DNA of 64,000 bases, taken from positions 1-64,000 of the forward strand of contig JABANN010000038.1 of the NCBI GenBank assembly GCA_013115125.1, written 5' to 3'. The position numbers and the translations under genes are program-made. Below, piece by piece: positions 1-12,256 of the stretch. The notes below the pieces were generated by a model. The model worked only from the letters and a program-made list of their open reading frames with translations, did no database searches and was not told the DNA's origin. The DNA comes from Perkinsus olseni. Taxonomy: Eukaryota. How positions within the stretch are numbered: the first letter of the stretch is position 1; every line of letters starts with the position of its first letter.

Positions 1-807
1 CGCGGGTCCTTCCCCGCTCGGGCCGCTACATTTGTGAGGTACCCCGCATAGAGCGAGGCCTCCGTCCACCAAGTGGCCCAGATGGTCGAAACGCTCATGA
101 TGCAGGGGCTTGGAGTGTGAACAGTGAGTGGCTCTGCTCTGACCCGTGTAACCTTCATCATTGTCAGACCCAGCAACTACGCTGTGACCTCTGCCTGCTG
201 CCAACAAGCAGTAGGAAGCCACCACTGTTCGGTAGGGCACGAGAGCTGCTCGACTCCAATGAGAGTCACCCCATACCGTGTCTGTGTCTGGTGTCGAGTC
301 ATCTGTCTCTAGTATCCTACCTCCACATTCAGGGGGGAGAGCAGTGTTAAGGTTGCATCCTTCATTATTACAGCCATAAATCCATGGCTGGACGTATTGC
401 TAGCATCTTGCTGCTAGCAAGTTGCTAGCTCTAGCATTGAACTACCGCGACTCTCTTGTAATCTCTGGCACGCACGAGCCCATCTTGAGCGCTCATGGAC
501 CCTGCGACGCAGAGTCTGCGTGAAAGTTTCGCTCACGCCGATGCTCCTGCGTAGGATTGGTGCCAAATGCCGCCACCACACTAAGGATTCGTTTGCTGCA
601 TATCGTGTAGAAGGTCCTGACGAACTGCGTGATATGACGTTCTTTGTAACTCGTCACGAGAAGAAAGGTACCCTCTTCATGGTGGAGACTACACTTACGA
701 ATAATGCTGAGGTCATGGGGCTTTGCAGTTCTATCTATCGGGTGAATTTTGAGCCGCGCGAGCTTTCCGATGAGCTCCCCAACCAGCGATCGGAGACCCC
801 AGCGCCT

Positions 808-832
808 CGCTCACACCACGGTGGTGTGAGCG
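808..832. repeat. Perfect 12-bp inverted repeat with a 1-nt spacer
   Basis: CGCTCACACCAC-G-GTGGTGTGAGCG read directly from the sequence. Confidence 0.9.
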
Positions 833-836
833 GTGG

Positions 837-899
837 TGTCAGACAACCGCGATCAGACAAGGTGGTGTCAACACCTCGTCTGATCGCGGTTGTCTGACA
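837..899. repeat. 28-bp inverted repeat (1 mismatch, 7-nt loop)
   Basis: TGTCAGACAACCGCGATCAGAC-A-AGGTG / GTGTCAA / CACCT-C-GTCTGATCGCGGTTGTCTGACA; the outer 22 bp are perfectly complementary. Confidence 0.9.
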
Positions 900-1478
900 A
901 ACCTTGCCGAGCGCTGCTTCTGCTTGGCGGTGATCGAAGCACCGTGCTCCTACGAAACTGGGTTCCACATTTTGGATCCCACAACCACGAAGCCCGAGGA
1001 AAAAAGCTGAATGCCCCGAGACTCCGAAACGATTCTTCCCGCCAGCTCAATATACTGAATGTGTCATGTAAAGACTGATTACAAACGCGATACTTCTCAG
1101 GGAATGACTTCGATACCGACAGAAACTGTGTCTGGCTAAACTAATGGGACAAGAAGTCACCGACTTGCCAAGGGAGGATACGGGATCATCAGGAGCAGAG
1201 AGTTCGAGCACTAAGCGATGGTATGATAAACTGATGGAGTGAAACAGGGAAAATGTGAGTGAGAAATTGAGGGTCACGTCAACAATGGCACAACTTGATA
1301 GATGATACAAACGGTGAGAAAGAATGAGCTTCTGAACCGGAATAATTTGGAGTTTCAATGCCATTAAATCGAAAGACACTAATTGATGAAATGAGTAGTT
1401 GAAGTCTCGCAAGGCCATTCAAACGCCTCGCTAAGACGAGTAGGTGAGGCCTTCCCAAAGGAAGAGAACACTCGAACA

Positions 1479-3227
1479 CTATGCGCTGATATTGCATCTG
1501 TCCGATTCAACGGATTCAGCAGCCTTGTCACCCCTGGTGGACTCAATATCGACTGTGTGCAGCCTCCTCCGTCGCAACCATCGATCTAGTGGAGAACCGG
1601 TGGTAGCAGACGTATCGTCTCCATCAGCCACGATACGCTCATTCATCCTAGCATTGGGTATCAACCATAGGAAGAACAGAGGCGTGATACCAATTCCTAT
1701 TAAAATTAGCGACAGAATCCATAGATTAGCAAAAGTCTGAGACTCGTCAACGCCGGGTAGACCTCGTGGGGTGACCCCTAATAATTGGCTGATGTATCCC
1801 GCAATGGGAGCAGTAGCGTTCTGGCTATAGTTGGATAGAGATGCCAACAGGGCGAACATAGTTGCCTCCATGTTCTTGGGACATAAGTGAGATAAGATAA
1901 GGAAACCCGGCATGAACTGTATCATAGACACGGCAGATACCAACGCGGTGCTCCCGACAGCGAAAACGTAATCCGGGATGCCGATCCGCACGTTGAGACG
2001 GGAGAAAATGATCGGATCGCCAAGCTGCATTATAACCAGCATCAAGGTCATCGTACAATAAACTGTACGATACTTCCACCCCTTCATAAATTTCCCAAAG
2101 GCGAAGATAGCAAGAACAGAGCAAAGCTGTCCGACAGTTCCCAAGACTGAGCCATAGAAAATGTCGGAAAAGTGAGGGCCCGCAGGATACTGCTGCTCGT
2201 CGTTGGTGAAGAAGTAGATCGAAGGACCACCAACCGAGATAATCGAACCCTGCGAGACAGCGTTGAACAAAATCAGCTTGCCTATCACAGGCTTCATGAC
2301 GGCGAAGGAAGAGCCAGTAAGAAGAATAACGGTTAGGATAGCAGTAACGAAGGAAACCGTATTCGACTGGGCCGCTAAGTTGACAACTGAGTAACCCACA
2401 GCGGTAACTCCAACCACAACCGAGAGAATCGCGACAGCTCTCTGATCGCTCCACAGATGCTCACGGTGAGCCTTGGCTTGTTCTTCCGTAGCGCGACTTT
2501 CCTCGAAAAAGTTTAGCCACGCGGGTACTATGACAATAGAGGATGTGAAAATCGTCGTCAACACCGCCCACTGCGCACCACCGAGTCCCCACACACCGTC
2601 GGCATAGTTGACCACAAACCCGACGAGCAGAGTGGCGAAGAGACCGAAGAGCTGATTTCCAGCCCAGACATAACTGACCAGAGCTGGTCCCGACTCGGGT
2701 ACGCTAGCGAGACGTCGAGAGTACACAGCCTCAGCGAACAGGTCGTAGCCCATCAGCTGAAGGTTAGCCAAGAACAGCCCAACCGCCGCAATCGGTGCAT
2801 TACTCTCCACCAGATTGAGCGATACCGCCAGGATGGTACCGCCGAGGCCGAGAATGCTCACAATCATCATATAAGGAAGCTTGTGATAACCAAATATGGG
2901 GAAGGAGTCCGAGATCACCCCTAACCATGGCTTCATCGCGAAAGGCATAAAGACGACCGAGTAATAGCGGTCCATGTCTGGCCCGGTCACATTCATAGCT
3001 CGGAAATAGAACCGCACACTAGAAGAGAGCATGATGTAGCTGAATCCCTTAGCCCAGTGGTTGGTGAAGTGCAGCATTAGGACGAGCTTCCAGCCATAGT
3101 CTTTAGAGAGAGTGAAGATCGACCCCACCATGGGGATCTTCTCTATGAAACTTCGCCGAGCTGTTGAAGCCCGGGAAGGAGAAGAGGAGGAAGACATACT
3201 CAGAGCAAAAGGAGAACTGCGACTCAT
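1479..3227 (-). CDS. BT1-family folate/biopterin transporter (MFS), single exon
   Basis: Uninterrupted ORF with ~12 hydrophobic segments and BT1 motifs MPFAMKPWLGVISDSFPIFGYHKLPY and LCPKNMEATMFALLASLSN. The track's start at 3251 is TTG; the first ATG is at 3227, preceded by a CTGTAG acceptor-like site. Confidence 0.9.
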   Translation of the reverse strand: MSRSSPFALSMSSSSSPSRASTARRSFIEKIPMVGSIFTLSKDYGWKLVLMLHFTNHWAKGFSYIMLSSSVRFYFRAMNVTGPDMDRYYSVVFMPFAMKPWLGVISDSFPIFGYHKLPYMMIVSILGLGGTILAVSLNLVESNAPIAAVGLFLANLQLMGYDLFAEAVYSRRLASVPESGPALVSYVWAGNQLFGLFATLLVGFVVNYADGVWGLGGAQWAVLTTIFTSSIVIVPAWLNFFEESRATEEQAKAHREHLWSDQRAVAILSVVVGVTAVGYSVVNLAAQSNTVSFVTAILTVILLTGSSFAVMKPVIGKLILFNAVSQGSIISVGGPSIYFFTNDEQQYPAGPHFSDIFYGSVLGTVGQLCSVLAIFAFGKFMKGWKYRTVYCTMTLMLVIMQLGDPIIFSRLNVRIGIPDYVFAVGSTALVSAVSMIQFMPGFLILSHLCPKNMEATMFALLASLSNYSQNATAPIAGYISQLLGVTPRGLPGVDESQTFANLWILSLILIGIGITPLFFLWLIPNARMNERIVADGDDTSATTGSPLDRWLRRRRLHTVDIESTRGDKAAESVESDRCNISA

Positions 3228-4099
3228 ATCGACGGGAATAGTGTCAGCCAACTACAGATGAAGTTGGCCTAATGATGGGAGACGCCTGCTGCGAGCCTCC
3301 AGCGGCCACCTCACTGTGAGGTACGCTTCATTCTATGCTGTGTAGGGTTTACCTCACGCCAGAGAAGGGAGACCCACTGATGAGTAGCTCTAGCGTTCGC
3401 AATTCTGTCCCATTCCGAGTGTGATTGGGCGCAGGCCATGGATCACACGAAACGATGTCCCAGGAGTGGTTTGCCGTTGTGGTACGCAAGTTTCCTCAGC
3501 TGATGCCTCCCGCAGGCAGCCTTCGAGGTGGACAGCGCATTCTACTTGGCGGAATGCGATTGATTCTACACTACGTGTCGGGTGAAGGCAGCACTCTGTT
3601 ACTGGCCCAGTGCTTCAATCGTCAATCGACCATTCTCGCGCCACGTGGCATAGCGGCCTCATATCAGCGTGTCGCGTTGTTTTCATTACAGGCCGTATCC
3701 GAATTTGAGTGGTTTGCACAGTACAGCTATACGACCCAAGGGCGACTCAAACCACGCCAGACTATGTCTCCGAGTGGACGAGTACAGAGCAGTTCAGATC
3801 TTCTGCTGAAAAGGTGGCCGCTATCAATGAATCAATGTTACGATCAATGCTCACAATACCTCAATCGCGACTGGATATTATATCATGCTATCCTCCTGGC
3901 CATGCTCTGGTGAGGTTCATACCAGGTTGTTTCGTGATTATCGTAGCTCTGGTTTTTCCTTGGAAAACCAAAACTGCCCTGGCGAGTTGGTGTATCGCGG
4001 GAATCGCTGAGTGATTCACTATTAGTTTAATCTGGCCTCCATTTTTCGTGCAAGGCTAATGGTTCGATCTGATCTTCATTGGAATCGTCCGGGCGTTGA

Positions 4100-7000
4100 T
4101 TAGGGCGCGGATATGGCGTAGCCGGGCTGCGACCATTGACTTGTTTGAATGTGGGCAACTTCGCTTATTGTCGCAACGATATTCATTCTAACCTTTTCAA
4201 AACAGTGCTTCTCCCGCTTGGAAGGTCTGAACTCAGAGTAAAGTCGACGATACTGAAACTCGCAAATCAGAAACGATGGTAGCGTCACTGTGTGAGCATG
4301 AAACGTGCCTTAGCAGCCGGGGATAGGCGGCTAACCGCTTCAGGGTTAGCTTCGACACCAGTTGTCTTGAGCAATAAGCGAGCCTGAAATTCGGCGGCAT
4401 CACAGACTCGTGAATGTATGCAATGGTCTCACAACATCAAGAACCTCGTAGTCCTTGTCGCGCAACACAATATCCGACACCCGCACAACGGCGTTTGCGA
4501 ACATTACGGCCTGGCGAGTGTTGCACCTTGAGAGTAGAATGGAAGTGCTCATTACACGGCAGTTGCTCTTACTCGTCAAGTAACCTCGTGAAGGACGAGG
4601 CTACCGCGTGCCACCAGTCAGCATCACCGACGCGGAAGTGCCCCGCGCCGAACCTGAATGAGATGAGCTTGTACAATTACAACTGAAGCCGGCGTACGCT
4701 GCCAGGCTAGCCTCCTGCAATCCCAAAGTGGCATTCGAGGCGGCTCTGGAGATGAGTGGCAGGATGTGTTGGATAAGGTCGTCCGCATGAATGTGAGCTT
4801 TCGCCCATGAATAACTAGAAGCACGAAATCACATCGATCAACGTCCACTACTGGATTCCTACAGGATCATGGATGCTTCACGAGCAGTCAAAACTTCTTT
4901 CGCTCCCCGCTGGCGCTCCGCATGAATTAGCCGAAGAAGTACTGCTTCACCGAGCGCTGCGAACACCTACGCACACTTATGTGTTCCTGGCTCAATAACA
5001 GTAGAGTCACTTCCGGCTCGCGAATGTTGAGGATGGCCATCGCATGTGTACATGTCGCCAGTGCATGCATCCCGCCGTCAATTTCACCCTGCCGGGGCCG
5101 TCGAGCTGTTGCCAACGATAAAGCCTGAACAAGGGGCTGATAACCCAGATTAGATCTAGCACCTACATTGCGGTGTAGAGCTGGAAGAAGCGTTTGGTCA
5201 AGAAGCCTCGCCCGATGACGAGACATCAACCCGGCAGGGAGTCGACTGGCACTGGATAGAAGTACAGAAACGATCCGGAAAGGCGCCTGAACAGGCGAAA
5301 ACTCTTTTCAACCGAACATGAGAATTTTAATGAAGCTACGTGCTGAGCGATGTACGTATGTAACTCCTTCCCCTTCTCAGCGATGCCAGCGATCACGATT
5401 TCAAGCATATCCTCCACGGACTTCAGAGCTTCGACTGCTTCAGGGTGAGGCGCCAATTCACCGTGAATCCTCGTTGCTCCCGAGAGGATCTGAGTTTCAC
5501 GCAATGTGAAATTGTGCGACGCGTTACGGCGAGTATATCACGAGGGCTATCCCTTGCGGAGTGAGCGCTCGCAACAAGTCTGAATCTGACACACAACACC
5601 GTCATCCAAAGCTGATGCGATACTCGTCACTACCTGCCATTCTTCCGCAGAGCTTTGCCACCGCCTGCCACGCTTCTGGGCTAGACAACGAAATGTCTTT
5701 TGCCAAGCAATTGAACAGTATCGAGACGCCCTGGCTCGTTAATGAGTCCGCAATCTCAACCTGAGAAACCATGAGCACATGTTGCGCGAGGAGAGGATAA
5801 CGAACGAAGAAACGGTCGAGAAATCTAGCCAACTCGAGGCAGTGAAGTCATGAACAGTAGAGGAACACGCAACGGTATCGGATACCGGGTATCCTATGCA
5901 AGCCATGAATGCATGCTGCATAGTTCCGCAGAACCTCAGTTCATATCTGCCTCACTCGGCGAGCTCCTATAGCGACACAACGACAACCACGTCGAGGGAT
6001 GAACCGCTCACAACGCAGAGAAAAACTGTCTCCCCTCCTCGAGCCCACGCCTGGCACGGTCCGGCTTACGCATCGCTCCAAAACCGCTCTGTGGGCCGCT
6101 CCCAGCTCCGGCGTCACGGCATCCGTTCCGCAGACGGCCGGCGCTACCATCACTAGCTGCTGTGCATCCATCTCCGGCAGCAGATGGCAGAGACGAGCCG
6201 TGACAACCTAGCACCGACCTCGCCGGCTATCCGGTGGGGCAGTTGACCAGCCCACCGGGCACTCCGAAAGCTGAACGCCGAACTTGCTGATACCGTGCAC
6301 GACTAGAGCAATGTTCTGCGCATTGTAGTCTTCACATTTTAGCGGACCGCCTTCCAGATGCCGATTGAGCAGTTTCCGTATCTGCAGATCACCAGGTGCG
6401 GAAACATTCCCCTGAGGGGCTACGGAGAACTTACAAAGAGACCGCAGTGGCCTTCACTATCTCGACCTTCACCCACACGCCTCTGAAGGGCGTTGACAAC
6501 GAGCGCGACATCTCTCGGGACCATTCGAGAACACACTATAGCACCTCTTCCTGACATGGAGAGGCACCAAATAGCGGGAAATTTCAGAGCGAAATGGGGG
6601 TGGCTACTCGACCGGTATTCAGCTAACACTGAGAGTAGGCCCACGTAAGGAGATATCAATCATAGACTGAGTTGGCGGACGATCAGTCCAACACAGCCAT
6701 TCAACATGCCAACAAGTTGGGACGTCTCGTCACAGCCAGAGACTTTCGCAGCACCAAGTGGGAGCTGTAAATTCCAGGCCCTATTTCTACCCAGCAGCTT
6801 CCTCCACGTCACTTCATCATGCGGACCATTCCGACTGCATCTGTACATCATGAACGACAGTGTGGCTGAGGAAAGACTACGCTCGCGGCTGCAGAACACG
6901 GGAGTTCACCTACTGTGTGATGCAACCGGTATCCCCGCTAGGGTCTCATTCCCCACAGGCACGCCCGACTCGTGTACTGCTCGGGCCAATCCCTGGACGC
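4100..7000 (-). CDS. Multi-exon alpha-helical repeat protein, HPR/OPR-like (putative organellar RNA-binding protein); boundaries approximate
   Basis: Recurring repeat-like segments across exons: LSSATLSFMMYRCSR..DEVTWRKL, MVPRDVALVVNAL, YNAQNIALVVHGISKFG, LTSQGVSILFNCLAK, LTAREASMIL, LGLQEASLAAYA, CNTRQAVMFANAV. Confidence 0.55.
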
Positions 7001-7699
7001 TTTGACGTGGGATGAGAGAGTGGCGCATCCGAAAACACTGTCAAAGCAGTGACTTTCTCAGACCCGCATCGCAGCCCCATCGTTCACCCAATGTGTCATC
7101 GAATGGGATAGTTCATCCCAGTGTGATGCTCACTACAGGACGAGTACATCGGGCTGCGCGAGGCCTGATAATTCCATTTGTAGCAGTAAGGATCAGTCCC
7201 GAAGCGTACGCGTCTCCACCACTCCGGCGTCAGACCAGTGATGAGGTCAATAGTTCTCCGACGGCAACCGAACAGCTTGTTGCTTCGCAGTAGACCAAGT
7301 CGCAACTCACGAGCTTCCGCAAATGTCGGCGCCTTTCGATGTTCCGCTCGTCGTCGTCCACGATCTCACCGATACCCTTCCCCAGCTAGAGAATAGCAGA
7401 TGGCTGAGCCCCGCGTCAACCAAGAATATTCCATCATTCGCATTTGACTGCAACTCAAGCTGAATGGTTTCACACAAGTAGTACTGGGACCTCTATCAAA
7501 CACTTATCTGCTTTCTCTGTCAAATGTAATCATCGTCTTATCTTATTCTAACTAATACCACAGAAATGCCAGTAGTCGGAGATAGGCAACAGAGGACCCT
7601 GCTCCACATTGTGGACCATACGACAATCAGATTTCAACACTTATCATCATCGGTAATTTTACTTGACGTTATTCAGCCTCCATCTCCCACAGGAAGGCC

Positions 7700-10179
7700 A
7701 CCAAAAACGGGCGATAACAGAGGCGGCCGCTTCAACGCTGGGCCTAACAGGCAAAGCATCCCTCTCATCACAGGTCATGGCTGATGACGAGAGGCGGTAC
7801 CTCCGTGGCAGTTTCCACGCTTGGCGGAGTCCATTTAATGTTGCCAAATGAAGCTGCCCCCGTCGCCCCAGCAAATGCCCCTTTTCCTCCTCGGCCTTTA
7901 TACCCGCCGTAATAGTAGCCGGTTGCGGAGTAGCCAGGTTTATGATATCCACCGGAATACCCACCAGCCCAGGACGGTGAAAACGAACCGGCGTAGTACC
8001 TGCACCGAATAATAAACTGCAGCGAATACTCCCAGTAGCGATGGTGGGATTCGAACTCGCGAACGTTCTATTACCCGGAGGCCATCGCTCCTTTTCCTTT
8101 CCCCTTCCCTTTCCCTTTGCCACCTTTACCGCCATACATTACTGACGTCGGAGAGTCGCTATATCGGACCTGATACACACTCGATTGCGCAAAGCGAAGA
8201 TCTAAGGATGCCCGCACAACAGGAAGTACCTTATCCGGACCCTTCTCAAAGTACCGCACACCTCCAGCTGCTTCCGCTGTAAGAGTGACCCAGCCGAGTG
8301 GTGCCGGGAAGCTCGGGTGAGATGGATGACGAATTTGTATGCGAATAATACCGCTCTGAAGTACCTGCCACAACCGCCATTAGTGCAGAGGCAAGAAGAG
8401 GCTTCTGAAGATAGTGGACGCTGACGACTTCACAAAAGAAGCGTCCGATTAGTCACTAGTGATGACTAGTCCCGCATCAAGTAGAGTCGACGATAGTATG
8501 ATGAGGCGACGATCTTCTTACTATCCGCTGGCCACATTGCTCAACGATCTCCCCGTTGGTGATAGATGCAACAGGAGCTGAATCCGGCTCGCACGTTGCA
8601 CGGACCAGGGCGTCCTCCCGAACAGCTCGCCACTTGTAGCCATCCTCGTTCCCTGATCGGCAATGCAATATCCTAACGAACCAATCACGCCGTGATTACT
8701 CTGTGGCGTTGTAACAGGCGGGACGGTGAACGAGGCCTGTCGAGGCTGTGGCTGAGTAGGCGGAGGCAGGGGTGGAGGGGGCGGCTGAGTCGTAGCCGTC
8801 GTAACCCCGTTTTGGACTTGAGCGACGTAGCTGCGATGAAGCGACGACTGCAGATCCACGAGGTGCCAGCAGAATTAGTACCCTCCGCCAGGCTGTTGTG
8901 TCACTGGTGGGAGTCCGCCAGTCCGCTGAGCACGAGAAGCTCGTCGAAGAGGGGGCTGGTAGGCAGCTGGCGGCGGTGACGACCGAACGAGCGGACCAAG
9001 AGCACCTTCCGCAGCGCTTTGGGTGGAAGAACGTCTGAGGGAATTACCACCGTCAAATCATGTCATTGAGTTGATTGCTGAGAGAGACTCATCATTGACT
9101 TCCTCAGAGTCAATGGCAGCGCTCATGGCACGCCCACCTACTCGCCTGCTGGCGACTCCCCTAGAGATCTCCTCACAGTCGCAACCGCTCTCTGGTTGAG
9201 CTCCTTTCGCCCGACTAATCGCACAGGATGTCTACTTTCATTATGGGATCCCAGAGGAGTGAAGGCCCTGTTGGCATTCACTGCATCAGCTTGCTGCGCA
9301 ATAGCCCTCATTTCTCGTCGACTGAACAACAAAAAGCCGTCGCCAGGGAACGAACCCACGCGGAAGGCTTACGCTATCTTATTCGCTCCATCCGGACTAC
9401 ACGACTCATCTTCTGCTCCCCGTTTCTTCCCAGAGCCAGTTAGGAGTCCCCCTGCTCCACCAGTAGGCGATGCGCCGTTGCTGGCGGTTGCAGGACCCGA
9501 CGACCCTGCCGGCGGTTGACCAGTGGCTGCTCGCAGCGCCTTCGAAAAAAGGCCACCGCCTGAATCGAGCGCAGGTCATCCAATATTCCGTCCACCAAGA
9601 GAGGTGCCTCTACTGTTCTACAGAATGACAAAAACAGAATCTCCTTCATCCCTTCGGCGAGCCCTGGCGTATACAAAAACTCGAACACGCTGAGACCCAC
9701 CTCGGGGAGTAGCCTTCGTAGCCTTCCTTTCAGGATGAGCCAGCCCATGAGATTCACAGAACGTAATAAGCCACTCGACCTGCGACGAGACGTTTGTTGA
9801 GACCAGAGGACAGCGGAGACTCACAAAGCTCTCCGCATTCCCTTGCAAGAACTGCTCCATCTCACTAACCATCTCGCTCACTGTTGTCTGCGTTTGAAGC
9901 ACGCAGGCCGCGTACCTGCCGTCCAACATCTTAGTAAAAGTGAGGGTTCCCTTTCGTTTCGTACTCGGCCAGCGTTGCCCTGTGCTCCTTAGAAACCATC
10001 CCCTCTCCATAGTTCATCAGCTGTTCCATCACGGCTTCTTGCACCGTGGCCTCCTGATCCGGCGTTAGAGCTGACGACGAGGAGGATGACGGCGCGAGGT
10101 TGACGCCGCGTGACGGAGACGACGATGCCTTAGGAGGCGACCCTCTGGGGCTCTCGCTGGCCGCCGGTCGCATCGTCAT
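7700..10179 (-). CDS. Multi-exon protein with N-terminal PWI-like domain, SH3-like domain and GK/YG-rich C-terminus; 3' end approximate
   Basis: QEAVMEQLMNYG..LAEY..TVSEMVSEMEQFLQGNAESF|VEWL (PWI-like); WRAVREDALVRATCEPDSAPVASITNGEIVEQ..GWVTLTA (SH3b-like); GGKGGKGKGKGKGKG tract; ATG at 10179. Confidence 0.55.
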
Positions 10180-10449
10180 TAGGCTCGGTGAGGTGGAGAA
10201 GCTGCAACACACCCAGACCCTTGTCGAGAGCTGATCCTTGTGCCGTAACTCAAAGGCGAATTCAAGCGAATTGAAACCTCTCTATCACGCTACGATGAGT
10301 GACCTACAGAGCCACTGACGACGATGTACTAGGAGGAAAATGAAGGTATCAACAGTTAACCTGACCTGGGCCTACCTGATTCGCCCACGAGGGACAGAAC
10401 CATGATAGAAATACAAAACAAGTACTGATTGCCCCTCGACTATGATAGT

Positions 10450-12050
10450 CTACCTGTGGTGAGCGCCCGCAGCGCGCTCGTCGACTTTCCAGAAATGCCT
10501 AGTGCAGTGAAAGAAATGACACAAAAAATCAACAGAAATCAAAAGTATAGCATACACAAGGTTGGGCGAGGCGAGTAAAATGTGGACAAGGAAACAACAG
10601 CAACCAGCCTCTGTCAGGCGAAACGTCACTCGCAAAAATCGAGGAAGCTTCACGCGCCACGAAATTCGCCTCATAACGAGCCACCTAACATCGCCAGTAC
10701 TCCAGGCTTCCTGCACGCTGTGAAGAGTTTCCATCTTCCTCAATGAGCCATCGGCGCACTATTCAACTCGTGATCAGAGCCTCCAGCGCAGAGGTCGGTA
10801 AAGAACACCCAGTTCGAGCTTTGAACAGCGAGTAGACTGTTCTCTATGCAGATATAGCTCTCAACGGGCAACTTATAATGACACCAATAACCTCCACGCG
10901 CTCTGCAGCCCAGTTTCCCTTTCAGAATTAGCACCGGATGCTCTCATTTTGAAGATGAATTGTACAGGAAGGCATCGAGAGTGGCGAATTGGTTCCAAGC
11001 GCTCACTAATACAGTGGACGGGCTTTTGACTACAAGTAACACTCATGGTGATGAGCATCTCAAGGCCTCTTTCCTGAGGTAGGAGAGGGACCACCGCCAT
11101 TCACTGAGTACTCCTGGTCATTGTTGCCAAGCCAAATAAAACCAGCATCGCCTTGCCATATCGCGCCGATCGCCAAGAATACTATAATTACAGTACACCC
11201 ATACCATAGATTTACACAAATAGCCGAGTATCCGAGACCACCCGAGAGGTTATCCGGCGAGCACCAGGCGAAGCTGGTCCCCCCCAGCGCCCTTGACGAA
11301 CAGTGTTGGGATGCCCGACGCTCGCAACAAGAGCTGGGACGGAAAGTGATTCGTCACGAAATAGGATTCAATAGTACATACAGTGATGATTCTTCCCTGT
11401 GCGAAACTCTCTCGTCCCAGCCTACAGTGAACGTCGTGCGCTCACAAAGATACCCTCGAGCGCCACCGATCTCTCCGCCCGGGGGCGCGGACTGGCTAGG
11501 TCTCGCTAGAGTAATGTCTCTAGATATATAATTTCCGCCACTTTAAGAATAATTATGAGAGATGATGACGTAGTTCGAATGCAGGCGGTCGCCCGAGCTG
11601 GGTGCGCCTACTATAGTTCAAATACAAAACAAGAGCCTCTATGATATCAAAAGGAGGCGAGGCCAGAAATAACCTCAGTATAAGATAGACGACCCTTCAT
11701 TATGGTTGTCGAATTACGTCCTAAAAAGGAAGAATCCGTCAGTTTCCATGACTGCTCCTACTTAGCCTTAACCACCAAAGGCGTCCGACACCTCCCACAT
11801 TGTCTAAGAGAGCCCGCTGGCACGAAGTAAGCCTAAACGAAGACAGAGTACCCAGCCCCGCGAAGAGTTGGCCCGAGCCATCAGTCGCTGAGCGCCGAGT
11901 ATTACTGACAAACCTAGAACCATCGGCCCAATTTTTGGATCGACGCCAAGCACGTCCGCAAGGCTGAGATTCGACGCGGCGCAGGGTGCCGCCGGGGAGG
12001 GCGAAGATGCTACTGAGCAGGAGAGGGCAGTGTGGGCGCACTCAAGCTGC
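10450..12050 (-). CDS. Probable multi-exon hypothetical protein (structure unresolved)
   Basis: Several short coding-like segments flanked by splice signals on the minus strand; no family recognised. Confidence 0.25.
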
Positions 12051-12256
12051 AGATTCGGTCATGACAAACTTCTCCCGAAGCCAAGCGGGCCGCTTCTAGT
12101 CTCTGTGACACGAAGACAAGCCTCTGCTACACGCTCTCGATAAACCACTCGAAATACAGCTAACGGCATAGGACACTACCAGTTGTCCTCTGAATAGCTC
12201 CCGACGGCCTGGCCGGTCTATTTCGTTTCAGAGTAAAATCACTCTGGGGCAAGGCG

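Larger units (their letters stand above)
1..899 (+). mobile_element. Probable 3' end of an LTR retrotransposon: ORF tail, polypurine tract and putative 3' LTR (345 to ~899)
   Basis: An open frame 3..350 runs into a purine tract AGGGGGGAGAGCAG (331-344). This is immediately followed by TGTTAAG (345), and a candidate LTR end ...CTGACA lies at 899 (TG...CA, imperfect terminal inverted repeat). No RT or integrase motif is visible in the fragment. Confidence 0.5.

Noticed and set aside
3425-4014. Overlapping plus-strand ORFs between BT1 and the helical-repeat gene
   Set aside because: No recognisable domain or convincing exon chain.
10680-10745. RKMETLHSVQEAWSTGDVR, reminiscent of the katanin p80 C-terminal domain
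   Set aside because: The expected downstream motifs do not follow in order; a single short match is insufficient.
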